Source of the DNA: Thermoplasmata archaeon
GTDB taxonomy: Archaea; Thermoplasmatota; Thermoplasmata; RBG-16-68-12
Assembly: GCA_035283365.1 (NCBI GenBank)
Contig: DATETY010000069.1
Location: forward strand, 21,432 to 85,431
Direction of reading: 5' to 3'
Length of the DNA stretch: 64,000 bases
The position numbers were made by a program, and so were the translations under genes. The notes beneath the pieces are model-generated. The model did not search any database, was not told the DNA's origin, and saw only the letters and a list, made by a program, of their open reading frames with translations. Every line of letters starts with the position of its first letter. Within the stretch, counting starts at the first letter, position 1. Positions 17,513-25,897 of the stretch are shown here, piece after piece.

Positions 17513-18042
17513 CGCCGGGGCCGCCGCGGGATCCACCTCGGGACGGCCCGCCGGTACACTCGGAACGCGTCCCCGAACCGGGCCTCGAGGACTCGCTCCT
17601 CATGGCGGACGAGCGCCTGCGCGGGAAGCCCGAGCAGGAACACGAGGACCGCCGCGCTGATCGAGCCCACGAGGAGGGACGCCCCGAGGAGGCCGAAGAA
17701 ATGAGACACGATGATCGGGTTCCGGATCCGCGCGAACGGGCCCGACGTCACGAGGGACGTCGGCGGGGCGACCGGATTCGGGGTGCCGCCGTGCCGGGCG
17801 AACGCGGCGAGGGACCAGCCGAGGACCGAGGCCCCTAGGAGGAACGGCCCGATCCCGAGCCACCGCACGGGGTCCGCCAGCGGAACGACCCGCAGCGCGT
17901 CATCCGCGAGTCGCCCGCCCAGGGGCAGGCCCACGTACAGGACCGCGAACAGGCACGCGGTCTCGATCCAGGCGAGGACGATCCGGCGCAAGGGAGGGTC
18001 GATGCCCTCCGAGCTATTTGTGCGATGCGAGCGTTCGCGCAT
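17503..18042 (-). CDS. isoprenylcysteine carboxyl / phospholipid methyltransferase family membrane protein
   Basis: 179 aa with 4-5 TM helices. The C-terminal RIRNPIIVSHFF...HEERVLEARFGDAFRVYRRAVPRW is typical of the ICMT/PEMT family. Its 3' end overlaps the convergent TraB-like gene by 10 nt. Confidence 0.75.
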   Translation of the reverse strand: MRERSHRTNSSEGIDPPLRRIVLAWIETACLFAVLYVGLPLGGRLADDALRVVPLADPVRWLGIGPFLLGASVLGWSLAAFARHGGTPNPVAPPTSLVTSGPFARIRNPIIVSHFFGLLGASLLVGSISAAVLVFLLGLPAQALVRHEERVLEARFGDAFRVYRRAVPRWIPRRPRRHS

Positions 18043-18053
18043 CCCCCCGCAGC

Positions 18054-18059
18054 CTTAAG
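18054..18059 (+). promoter_or_regulatory. TATA-like box for priS
   Basis: CTTAAG lies 27-32 nt upstream of ATG 18086. Confidence 0.5.
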
Positions 18060-18085
18060 GTCGCGGGTCGCGTTCGCGTCGGTGC

Positions 18086-19372
18086 ATGGGGGAGCCCGAC
18101 CCTTCGAAGGAAGCGACCGTCGCATGGCTCCGCGACCAGTTCCGGCGGCACTACGCATCCCGGAAGCCGACCCTGCCGGACCGGTTCGGCCGGCGCGAGT
18201 TCGGATTCATGTTCTGGTCCCCCGGGATGGTCCAGCGACACATCGGCTTCTCGCGGGAGGACCAGCTCCGCGGATTCCTCCAGACCCGCGTCCCCGCGCA
18301 CGTGTACTACTCGAGCGCGTACTACGAGAAACCCGACGCCCCGACCATGGAGGAGAAAGGCTGGCTCGGGGCGGACCTCATCTTCGACCTCGACGCGGAC
18401 CACATCCCCGGGGCGAACAAGATGTCCTATTCGGAGATGCTCGAGGCGGTCCGCCTCCGCATCACCCAACTGTACGATGAGTTCCTCGTCGAGGACTTCG
18501 GATTCGGCGGGGACGAGCTGCGGCTCGTGTTCTCCGGGGGCCGCGGGTACCACATCCACGTCGCGGACGAGGCCGTGTGGTCCCTCGGGAGCCACGAACG
18601 ACGGGAGATCGTGGACTGGATTACCGCGAAGGGGCTCGACCTCGGGACCGTGTTCAAGGAGCCCGTGTTCGACGCGCGGGAGTTCAAGGGGCGGCTGTAC
18701 GCGAAGCGCCAGGTCGTCATGGCGGATCCGACGAAGGATGTCGGCTGGCCCCGCAAGATCGTGCGAGGCCTCATCCAGCTCGCCAGGCAGCTCGAGCCGA
18801 TGGACCGCGAATCGGCCGTCGGGTTCCTCGCGAGCTTCGAGGGCGTCGAGAGGAAGGAGGCCGAGGGCCTCTGGGAAAACCTCTTCGCGAACCGGTCCAA
18901 GAGCGGTCCGAGGATCCGAGGGATCGACCGCCTGATCGAGACGCGCAAGATCGAGACCCTGTCGGATCGGAACGTGAAGCTCATCGTGGCGATCGTCTCC
19001 CAGCTCCAGCACGTGCGCCTCAACGAATACCGGGGCGTGCCGCTGGGAGGGATCACGCCCCGGGGCGAGACGGACGAGCCCGTCACGTCGGACATCAAGC
19101 GGCTCATCCGGATGCCTTCGTCCCTCCATGGGAAGACGGGGTTCCAGGTCGTGCCGCTCACGCGGGATCAGCTCGACGGCTTTCGCCCGCTCCGGGACGC
19201 GATCCCCGCGACGTGGACGGACGAGCCCGTCCAGGTACGTCTCGCGTCTGGTATCACTTCGGAGATGAAGGACGAAACGTTCAAGTTGGCCCCTGGGCTA
19301 AACGACGTTCCGCAGTACCTGGCCATCTTCCTGGCGGCCAGTCGAAAGGCGAGCGTCGTCCAAGAGGGCTAG
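18086..19372 (+). CDS. priS: DNA primase small (catalytic) subunit PriS
   Basis: 428 aa with AEP primase motifs DLIFDLDADH and SGGRGYHIHV. CTTAAG box at 18054-18059. Confidence 0.9.
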   Translation: MGEPDPSKEATVAWLRDQFRRHYASRKPTLPDRFGRREFGFMFWSPGMVQRHIGFSREDQLRGFLQTRVPAHVYYSSAYYEKPDAPTMEEKGWLGADLIFDLDADHIPGANKMSYSEMLEAVRLRITQLYDEFLVEDFGFGGDELRLVFSGGRGYHIHVADEAVWSLGSHERREIVDWITAKGLDLGTVFKEPVFDAREFKGRLYAKRQVVMADPTKDVGWPRKIVRGLIQLARQLEPMDRESAVGFLASFEGVERKEAEGLWENLFANRSKSGPRIRGIDRLIETRKIETLSDRNVKLIVAIVSQLQHVRLNEYRGVPLGGITPRGETDEPVTSDIKRLIRMPSSLHGKTGFQVVPLTRDQLDGFRPLRDAIPATWTDEPVQVRLASGITSEMKDETFKLAPGLNDVPQYLAIFLAASRKASVVQEG

Positions 19373-19379
19373 TCATCCC

Positions 19380-21524
19380 ATGTCGGGGTATCAGCAGAGG
19401 CTCCAGGGCAAGGTCCGCCTCTCCCGGATCCGCCGGATCCGGAACATGGCGCTCCTCGCACTCGGAGGCGTGACCGCCGTGTTCATCCTCAGCGGCTTCG
19501 CCGCGGAGGGCGCGAGCCTGAAGCCTCTCTACCTGCCCCTCGGGGAGGCCGTCGAGATCGGCCTGATCATGGTCCTCGTCGCGACCGTCCTCGCGATGTA
19601 CTTCCGGAACCTCGAGTTCAAGCACGCCGCGGGGGACAGCCAGCGGTTCCTCATGGCGAAGGAGAGCATGGCCCGTTCCACGGGGCTCGCGATCGCGTCC
19701 GTCGTGTTCGCGGTCCTCCTGTTCCTCCCGATGTCCCCGGGCGTCTCGGGGGGCCTCCTCACGGATCCTCCGACCCCCGTGACCGTTGCAGGCTTCGGCT
19801 CCGGCGAGCTGAACTTCACGAGCCCGGACGGACTCGGCCTGAGCTTCGTGAGGCGGGTCGTCGTGGTCGGCGCCTCGTGGTCCGCGGGAGACGTCCAGGT
19901 CACCGTGTTGTTCGGCGGGCGCGTGATGGGCTCCGGTTGGGTGAACGCCTCGGGGCGGGCCGAGCTGCCGCTCGATGCGACCTCGCGCCTCACGTTCGGC
20001 ACGTGGACGGTCAGCTTCCAGAACGTGGCGAGCGGCTCCGCGGCCCTCAACCTCGTCCTCGAGGAGGCCGTCATGCCCGCCCTCTTCGCGTTCGTCCCGT
20101 TCCTCCTCGTCCTGAACGCCGCCGCGAACGTCGGCTTCTGGGTCGGGGTCCGCCCGATCCGCGAGCGCACCCGCGCGGCCGCCGTGTATGCGGGCGGCGT
20201 CTCGACGACCCAGGAGCAGGACGAGCGGTTCTACGCCGAGTACGCGGCGAACCCCGTCCAGGACATGATCCCGATGGAGCCCCCGCCCCCTCCTCCGGCG
20301 CCCGAGGTGCGGCTCTCGAATCCGATGCCGTCGCCCGTCGTCGCCCCGTCCCTCCCACCCGCGGAGCCGCCCGCGCCCGCGAGCGTCCCAAGGACCGCGA
20401 AGCCGAAGCCCGACACGCCCGAGACGTTCGTCGCGAAGGCGGACGTCCTCGGCTCCGCGGGCCAGCACGACTCGGCTCTCGTCGCGTACGACGAAGCCCT
20501 GCGCCTGAACCCGAGCCACCTCCCCGGCCTCTTGGGACGCGCGAAGTCCCTCGCGGGGATGGGACGCAGGGCCGACGCCCTCGAGGCGTACCGCCGCGTC
20601 GTGACCGCGGACCGTCGAAACGAAGAGGCCCAGAGGGCCATCGCATCGATCCTCACCGGGGAGCGCCGATGGCGCGAGGCCCTCGAGGCGGTCGACGCGT
20701 TCCTCCGGCAGCGACCCAACGACGCGGCGAGCCTCCACCTCCGCGGAGACATCCTGACGAACCTGGGCCGGCGGACCGAGGCGCTCACCGCGTACAACGG
20801 GGCGTTCGCGCTGGACCCGACCGACGAGAACCTGAAGCAGAAGATCGAGGAGGTCCGGGTCGACGTGCCCGGGATCCTGAGCCGGGCCCTCATCGCCTCC
20901 GCGTCGGGCAACTACGCGCAGGCCCTCGGCCTGTTCGACGAGATCCTCGAGATCGACCCCGGGAACGTGAACGCGCTGATCGGGAAGGCGGTCGCGTACC
21001 GCCGCAGCGGGAAGTCCCGAGAGGCGATCAACTGCCTGGACCTCGTCCTCTCGATCCAGCCGGAGAACGCGGCGGCCCTCTACAACCGCGGCCAGCTCCT
21101 CGAGACGAGCGGAGACCTCGAGGAAGCGCTCGAGACGTACGACCGGCTCGTGAGCGTCTCGAGCCTGGACGACGAGGCGTGGGCCGCCCAGGGGGACATC
21201 CTCACGAAGATGGGACGGGACGACGACGCGCTGCGGGCGTACGCGGAGGCCCTCAAGCTGAACCCCGGGGACGAACTGATCCGGGCGAAGGTCCGCGAGC
21301 TCGAGGAGGCCCGCACGGTCCAGTCGGACATCCTGGACGAGCTGTACAAGGTGAAGGGGATCGGCCCCTCGAAGGCGAAGGCCCTCCTCGACGCGGGATT
21401 CAACACGGCGGACGGCTTCGCCCTCGCGGACGTCGACCAGCTCGTCGCGGTGAAGGGGATCACCCGGAAGATCGCGCAGGACCTGCTCCGCCACTTCCGC
21501 AAGGAGAACGTCCAGGTCCGCTGA
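19380..21524 (+). CDS. membrane-anchored TPR repeat protein with C-terminal tandem helix-hairpin-helix motifs
   Basis: 714 aa. The N-terminal ~250 aa hold 4-5 TM helices and a beta-rich loop, followed by a Pro-rich linker (PPPPPPAPE...). About 8-9 TPRs follow (ALVAYDEALRLNP, ALEAYRRVV..., ALRAYAEALKLNPGD). The C-terminus reads VKGIGPSKAKALLDAGF...VAVKGITRKIAQDLL (2x HhH). It starts 7 nt after the priS stop. Confidence 0.8.
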   Translation: MSGYQQRLQGKVRLSRIRRIRNMALLALGGVTAVFILSGFAAEGASLKPLYLPLGEAVEIGLIMVLVATVLAMYFRNLEFKHAAGDSQRFLMAKESMARSTGLAIASVVFAVLLFLPMSPGVSGGLLTDPPTPVTVAGFGSGELNFTSPDGLGLSFVRRVVVVGASWSAGDVQVTVLFGGRVMGSGWVNASGRAELPLDATSRLTFGTWTVSFQNVASGSAALNLVLEEAVMPALFAFVPFLLVLNAAANVGFWVGVRPIRERTRAAAVYAGGVSTTQEQDERFYAEYAANPVQDMIPMEPPPPPPAPEVRLSNPMPSPVVAPSLPPAEPPAPASVPRTAKPKPDTPETFVAKADVLGSAGQHDSALVAYDEALRLNPSHLPGLLGRAKSLAGMGRRADALEAYRRVVTADRRNEEAQRAIASILTGERRWREALEAVDAFLRQRPNDAASLHLRGDILTNLGRRTEALTAYNGAFALDPTDENLKQKIEEVRVDVPGILSRALIASASGNYAQALGLFDEILEIDPGNVNALIGKAVAYRRSGKSREAINCLDLVLSIQPENAAALYNRGQLLETSGDLEEALETYDRLVSVSSLDDEAWAAQGDILTKMGRDDDALRAYAEALKLNPGDELIRAKVRELEEARTVQSDILDELYKVKGIGPSKAKALLDAGFNTADGFALADVDQLVAVKGITRKIAQDLLRHFRKENVQVR

Positions 21525-21543
21525 CGGGCCCGCTCACGGAAGC

Positions 21544-21550
21544 TTTTAAG
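21544..21550 (+). promoter_or_regulatory. TATA box for rpl18a-pfdA-ftsY
   Basis: TTTTAAG lies 28-34 nt upstream of ATG 21578. Confidence 0.55.
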
Positions 21551-21577
21551 TAAGACGCCCCTTTGCCAACCGTTCCG

Positions 21578-21808
21578 ATGAACGCGTACCGCATCCAGGG
21601 ACGGTTCCGGATGGGCCGCGACTGGCAGGGTTTCTCGAAGGAGATTGCCGCGGCGGACGAGGCGGCCGCGCGGGAGAAGCTGCTCTCAGTCCTCGGGAGC
21701 CAGCACGGGGTCGAGCGGAGGTACATCGAGATCGCCGCGGTCGCGGCCGTCCCCGCGAACGAGCTGCGGGACCCCGCGGTCCGATACGCCGTGGAGGGGA
21801 AGCCGTGA
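21578..21808 (+). CDS. rpl18a: 50S ribosomal protein LX / L18Ae (eL20)
   Basis: ATG 21578 gives MNAYRIQGRFRMGRDWQGFSKEI...GSQHGVERRYIEI (76 aa). The track start 21563 is TTG. TTTTAAG box at 21544-21550. Confidence 0.8.
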   Translation: MNAYRIQGRFRMGRDWQGFSKEIAAADEAAAREKLLSVLGSQHGVERRYIEIAAVAAVPANELRDPAVRYAVEGKP

Positions 21809-22245
21809 GCGCGTCCGAGCAAGACCTGCGCCGGGGGATCGCGGTCCTCGAACAGTACCGCGCCCAGATCGACGCGCTGGCCCAGCAGCAGGAGATCATC
21901 CGGGTGTCCCTCGAAGAGCACATGCGGGCCCGGGAGACCCTCTCGCGGACCCGGGAGGCCGGGAAGGGCAAGGAGGTCCTCATGCCCGTCGGCGCGCAGT
22001 CGTTCGTCGTCGCGGAGGTCCGCGACGCGGACAAGGCATTCGTCGGGATCGGCTCGGACCTCGTCGTGTACGATGAGATCCCGACGCAGATCGAGCGGCT
22101 CGACGCGCGGATCAAGTCGATCACGGACGCGGCGAACGCGGTCGGTCAGCGCCTCGCGGAACTCCATCGCCGCGCGGACGCGCAGGGCGCGTTCGTGGAG
22201 GACATGTACGGCCAGCTCCAGACGGGCCAGGACGAGCGGACGTAG
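21805..22245 (+). CDS. pfdA: prefoldin alpha subunit
   Basis: 146 aa with a coiled-coil / beta-hairpin / coiled-coil layout. Its GTG start overlaps the rpl18a stop. The gene order LX-PfdA-FtsY is the conserved archaeal one. Confidence 0.8.
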   Translation: MSASEQDLRRGIAVLEQYRAQIDALAQQQEIIRVSLEEHMRARETLSRTREAGKGKEVLMPVGAQSFVVAEVRDADKAFVGIGSDLVVYDEIPTQIERLDARIKSITDAANAVGQRLAELHRRADAQGAFVEDMYGQLQTGQDERT

Positions 22246-23184
22246 ATGTTCAAGGCGCTCCGCGAGCGACTCAAGGGGTGGCGCGAGAAGGCGGAGGCGG
22301 AGGTCGCCGCTCCCGGGGACGTGATCGGGGAGAAGGGCCGCAAGATCGACTCGAAGAAGCTCGACGAGGTCCTGTACGACCTCGAGATCGCGCTCCTCGA
22401 GAGCGATGTGGCGTTCGCCGTCACGAAGGAGATCGTGGACCACCTCGCGGACGAGATCCAGGGCCGCCGGATCACGAAAGACGTCTCGTTCGAGAAGGGG
22501 GTCGAGATCGCCCTGCGGGCCGCGATCGGGAAGGCTCTCGCGGTCCCGCCTCTGGACTTCTTCAAGGTCGTCACGGAGGCCACGAAGCCCGCCGTCGTGA
22601 TGTTCGTCGGCGTGAACGGCACGGGGAAGACGACCACGATCGCGAAGCTCGCGTACCACCTTCAGAAGCGGGGGCTCACGTGCGTCGTCGCGGCCGCGGA
22701 CACGTTCCGGGCCGGAGCCATCGAACAGCTCGAGCGGCACTCCGAGACGGTCGGGTTCAAGCTCATCAAGCACAACGCGGGCGCGGACCCCGCGGCCGTC
22801 GCGTTCGACGCGGTCGAACACGCGCGGGCTCGCGGGCGGGACGTCGTCCTGATCGACACGGCGGGCCGGATGCAGACGAACACGAACCTGATGGATCAGA
22901 TGAAGAAGATCAGGCGGGTCGCGGAGCCGAGCCTCGTCGTGTACGTGGGGGACGCCCTCGCGGGGAACGACGCGGTCGAGCAGGCGAAGCAGTTCCACGC
23001 GGCCGTCGGGCTCGACGGGGTCATCCTCACGAAGATCGACGCGGATGCGAAGGGCGGGGCGGCCCTGTCGATCGCCCACACGATCGGGAAGCCCGTCCTG
23101 TTCGTGACGGTCGGGCAGGGATACGAGGACCTGAAGGCGTTCGACGCATCGTGGATGGTCGACCGGCTGTTCCAGGAGGACTGA
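22246..23184 (+). CDS. ftsY: signal recognition particle receptor FtsY
   Basis: 312 aa with SRP-GTPase motifs GVNGTGKTTT, DTAGR and TKIDADAKGG. ATG lies immediately after the pfdA TAG. Confidence 0.95.
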   Translation: MFKALRERLKGWREKAEAEVAAPGDVIGEKGRKIDSKKLDEVLYDLEIALLESDVAFAVTKEIVDHLADEIQGRRITKDVSFEKGVEIALRAAIGKALAVPPLDFFKVVTEATKPAVVMFVGVNGTGKTTTIAKLAYHLQKRGLTCVVAAADTFRAGAIEQLERHSETVGFKLIKHNAGADPAAVAFDAVEHARARGRDVVLIDTAGRMQTNTNLMDQMKKIRRVAEPSLVVYVGDALAGNDAVEQAKQFHAAVGLDGVILTKIDADAKGGAALSIAHTIGKPVLFVTVGQGYEDLKAFDASWMVDRLFQED

Positions 23185-23185
23185 C

Positions 23186-24280
23186 GTGGCGTTCCGCGGC
23201 CTCGTCGAGAAGGGCGAGGTCGTGGACCTCCCGATCCTCCAGCTCGCCCTCGCCGCGATCAAGGGCCGGGTGGAGCGGCTCACGGTCCGCGCGCTCGGCT
23301 TCGGGGGCGGGGAGAGGGAGGACGAGCCGCTCCTCGAGATCACGGGTCCGCCGTCCCGGTTCGGCCTGCGCGTCCTCAACGAGGATCCCGAATACCTGGA
23401 CTGGCTCAACTCGGCCCTCCTGTGCTCCGGGCTCGTCGTGCCGGACGGCCTCACGTCCATCGCGCGACGCCTCGCGGAGCACGAGGACATCATCCTCGGC
23501 GTGGACACGAACGTCCTGTACGCTTGCATCCTGAGCGAGCACCTGCTCGACGAGTTCGCCCGGATCCATCCGCGGCCGTACCGGGAGAGCGTGAACTGGA
23601 TCCTCCTGATCATCCCCGGGGTCGTCATGAAGGAGATCGAGAACGCGGCGAACCAGAAGAAGGGCGGACACCTCATCCACGTCGGGCGGCGAGGCTACCG
23701 GGCGCTCCAGGAGATCACGAACCTGAACCGCACGGAGGGGTTCCAGGGCCTCAGCGTCCTCGTCGTGGGGCACACGAACCCGGAGCAGCTCCGCATGTCC
23801 CCGGACGGGATGACGATCCTGAACGCGGACTCCCTGATCCGGGACCAGTTCAAGACGTTCCTCCGGGGGATCGAGTTCCGCAAAGGCGTGTTCTTCCTGA
23901 CCCTCGACAAGACGAACGCGTCCCTCGCGACCGCGGAGGGGCTCGCGGCCCTCCTCGTCCGCCACCCGCGACGCCTGCGGAAGGGGGACCACATCGCGAT
24001 GCCGCGGGACGAGTCCGTCCTCCTCGCCCGCGTGCTGTACGAGCTCGCGGTCGAGTTCGGGATCGTGCGGGTGTCGTGGAACGACGGGCAGGACCACCAC
24101 CTGGACCTGGACGGCGGGTGGTCCTGGAAGTCCATGGAGCACTGGGACGCGTGGCAGCTCCTGTGCGCGGACCAGGATCCGGGGTTCCACAAGGTCCTCG
24201 CGCGCTACGTCGGCGGACGGTTTGACGCGAAGCGGATCCTGCGGGAGTGGGAGAAGCTCGCGGCGGACCTCGCGACCTGA
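23186..24280 (+). CDS. PIN-domain protein with unassigned N- and C-terminal domains
   Basis: 364 aa, GTG start 1 nt after the ftsY stop. The central PIN-like acidic pattern is ILGVDTNVLY, IIPGVVMKEIE, NADSLIRD. Confidence 0.65.
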   Translation: MAFRGLVEKGEVVDLPILQLALAAIKGRVERLTVRALGFGGGEREDEPLLEITGPPSRFGLRVLNEDPEYLDWLNSALLCSGLVVPDGLTSIARRLAEHEDIILGVDTNVLYACILSEHLLDEFARIHPRPYRESVNWILLIIPGVVMKEIENAANQKKGGHLIHVGRRGYRALQEITNLNRTEGFQGLSVLVVGHTNPEQLRMSPDGMTILNADSLIRDQFKTFLRGIEFRKGVFFLTLDKTNASLATAEGLAALLVRHPRRLRKGDHIAMPRDESVLLARVLYELAVEFGIVRVSWNDGQDHHLDLDGGWSWKSMEHWDAWQLLCADQDPGFHKVLARYVGGRFDAKRILREWEKLAADLAT

Positions 24281-24970
24281 TCACGCGCGCCGCGGCAGCC
24301 AGCCGAACCGCTTCCGGAACAGCCACACGAGGTTTTCCGTCGCGTCCGGGACGCTCCGGATCTTCCGGTCCCCGATGCGCGGACGGTAGTCGATGGGCAC
24401 CTCAAGGAACCGGAGGCCCATACGAATCACCTCGAGCTTGAGTTCCTCGGAGAACGCCATCCCGTCGTGGAGGAGGTCCAGGCGGTCCAGGATGTCGCGG
24501 CGGAACGCCCACATCCCGGACTGGCAGTCGCGGATCGGATGGCCATACAGGGCGTGGAACGCGGCGTTCAACATCCGGTTCCCGATCCGGTGCATCCCAG
24601 ACATCGCCTCGTCGCGCAGGCGGGTCAGCCGGTCGGCGGAGACGAAGTCCGCGCGGCCTTCCTCGAGCGGCCGAAGCAGGTCAGGAAGCCGGTCCGCGGG
24701 ATACGTCAGGTCCGCGTCGAGCGTGAGGACGAACGCTCCGCGCGAGGCCGCGAATCCCGTCTTGTACGCCCGGCCGTACCCGCGGCGCGGCTCGTGGACC
24801 ACGCGGGCCCCTTTGGACGCCGCGATCTCGTTCGTGCGGTCCCGCGAGTCCGTGTCCACCGTGAGGATCTCGAGGTCCCGGCCCGCGAGGGCGGCCCGCA
24901 CCTCGTCGATCACGGCCCCGATCGAGGCCCCCTCGTTCATCGTGGGGATCACGACGGAGACCTCGGGCAT
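24281..24970 (-). CDS. GT2 glycosyltransferase, dolichyl-phosphate sugar synthase-like
   Basis: 229 aa with VVIPTMNE, TVDTDSRDRT and LDADLTYP (DxD). CTTATA box 25-30 nt upstream. Its stop abuts the convergent PIN gene with zero gap. Confidence 0.85.
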   Translation of the reverse strand: MPEVSVVIPTMNEGASIGAVIDEVRAALAGRDLEILTVDTDSRDRTNEIAASKGARVVHEPRRGYGRAYKTGFAASRGAFVLTLDADLTYPADRLPDLLRPLEEGRADFVSADRLTRLRDEAMSGMHRIGNRMLNAAFHALYGHPIRDCQSGMWAFRRDILDRLDLLHDGMAFSEELKLEVIRMGLRFLEVPIDYRPRIGDRKIRSVPDATENLVWLFRKRFGWLPRRA

Positions 24971-24994
24971 CCGCCGCGCGATGGGGGGTCCGCG

Positions 24995-25000
24995 TATAAG
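24995..25000 (-). promoter_or_regulatory. TATA box for the GT2 gene 24281..24970
   Basis: CTTATA on the minus strand lies 25-30 nt upstream of ATG 24970. Confidence 0.5.
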
Positions 25001-25013
25001 CGTTGCGCGCCCT

Positions 25014-25796
25014 TCACGTCGGACGCGGCCGTCCGAACATCTTGTACCCGACGTACCCGAGGAGCGCGGTGCTCAGCCGGAGGACGGACCACGCGGTCGT
25101 CTTCTGACGGAACATCGCGAACGGACGGTACGACCGCCAGAGGGCGCCGTGCTTCAGGGTGAGCTGCTTCCGACCCGCGCCGTTCCAGAACGCCTGCTTG
25201 AGGAAGTCGTGCACGGAATCCCTCGTGCGGTGGTACACGATCGCGTTCGCGCGGTACCCGATCCGCTGGCCCGCCTTCACCGCACGCAGGTTCAGGTCGA
25301 TGTCCTCCGCGGTGACGAACCACTCGTCGAATCCGCCGATTTCCTTCAGGACCGTCGTCCGGTACGCGAGGTTCGCGGACGGGAACGTGACGTCGGACCC
25401 CCGCACGACGAGCTCGACGCGCTCGAGATCCTCGAACGGGCGGTACCCGATCTGGATCGTCCTCCCCGCGACGACGCCCGCGGACGCGAGGCCCTCGCGC
25501 AGCTCCTTGAGCCAGAACGGGCTCGCGATCCCGTCCCCGTCGATGAACGCGATCGCCGCGCCGCGCGCCTTCCCGATCCCGAAGTTGCGGCCCGCCGCGC
25601 GGGTCCCTCCGCGGTTGTACAGGTGCACGAACTCGTACCGCTTCTCGTACGCCCGGACGATGTCCCGCGTCGCGTCCGTGCTCCCGGCGTCCACGAGGAT
25701 CACCTCGATGGGCGGCTCCTGGATCACGAGGCTGTCGAGGAGGGCCGCGATGTTTCGCGCCTCGTCGCGCACCGTGATCACGACGGACAGGAGCAA
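25014..25796 (-). CDS. GT2 glycosyltransferase
   Basis: 260 aa with VVITVRDE, LVDAGSTD and FIDGDG (DxD). Confidence 0.85.
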   Translation of the reverse strand: MLLSVVITVRDEARNIAALLDSLVIQEPPIEVILVDAGSTDATRDIVRAYEKRYEFVHLYNRGGTRAAGRNFGIGKARGAAIAFIDGDGIASPFWLKELREGLASAGVVAGRTIQIGYRPFEDLERVELVVRGSDVTFPSANLAYRTTVLKEIGGFDEWFVTAEDIDLNLRAVKAGQRIGYRANAIVYHRTRDSVHDFLKQAFWNGAGRKQLTLKHGALWRSYRPFAMFRQKTTAWSVLRLSTALLGYVGYKMFGRPRPT

Positions 25797-25860
25797 CGGC
25801 GGGCGCGTAGGGTCCGACCCGTTATGATGGTTTCGGGCTCCCGCGCGGGAGCGCGAGCAT

Positions 25861-25868
25861 CTTTAATA
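25861..25868 (+). promoter_or_regulatory. TATA box for the wecB2-GT4-asnB1-GNAT operon
   Basis: CTTTAATA lies 30-37 nt upstream of ATG 25898. Confidence 0.55.
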
Positions 25869-25897
25869 CGCACCCCAGGATATGCGCGCGTCCCGCC

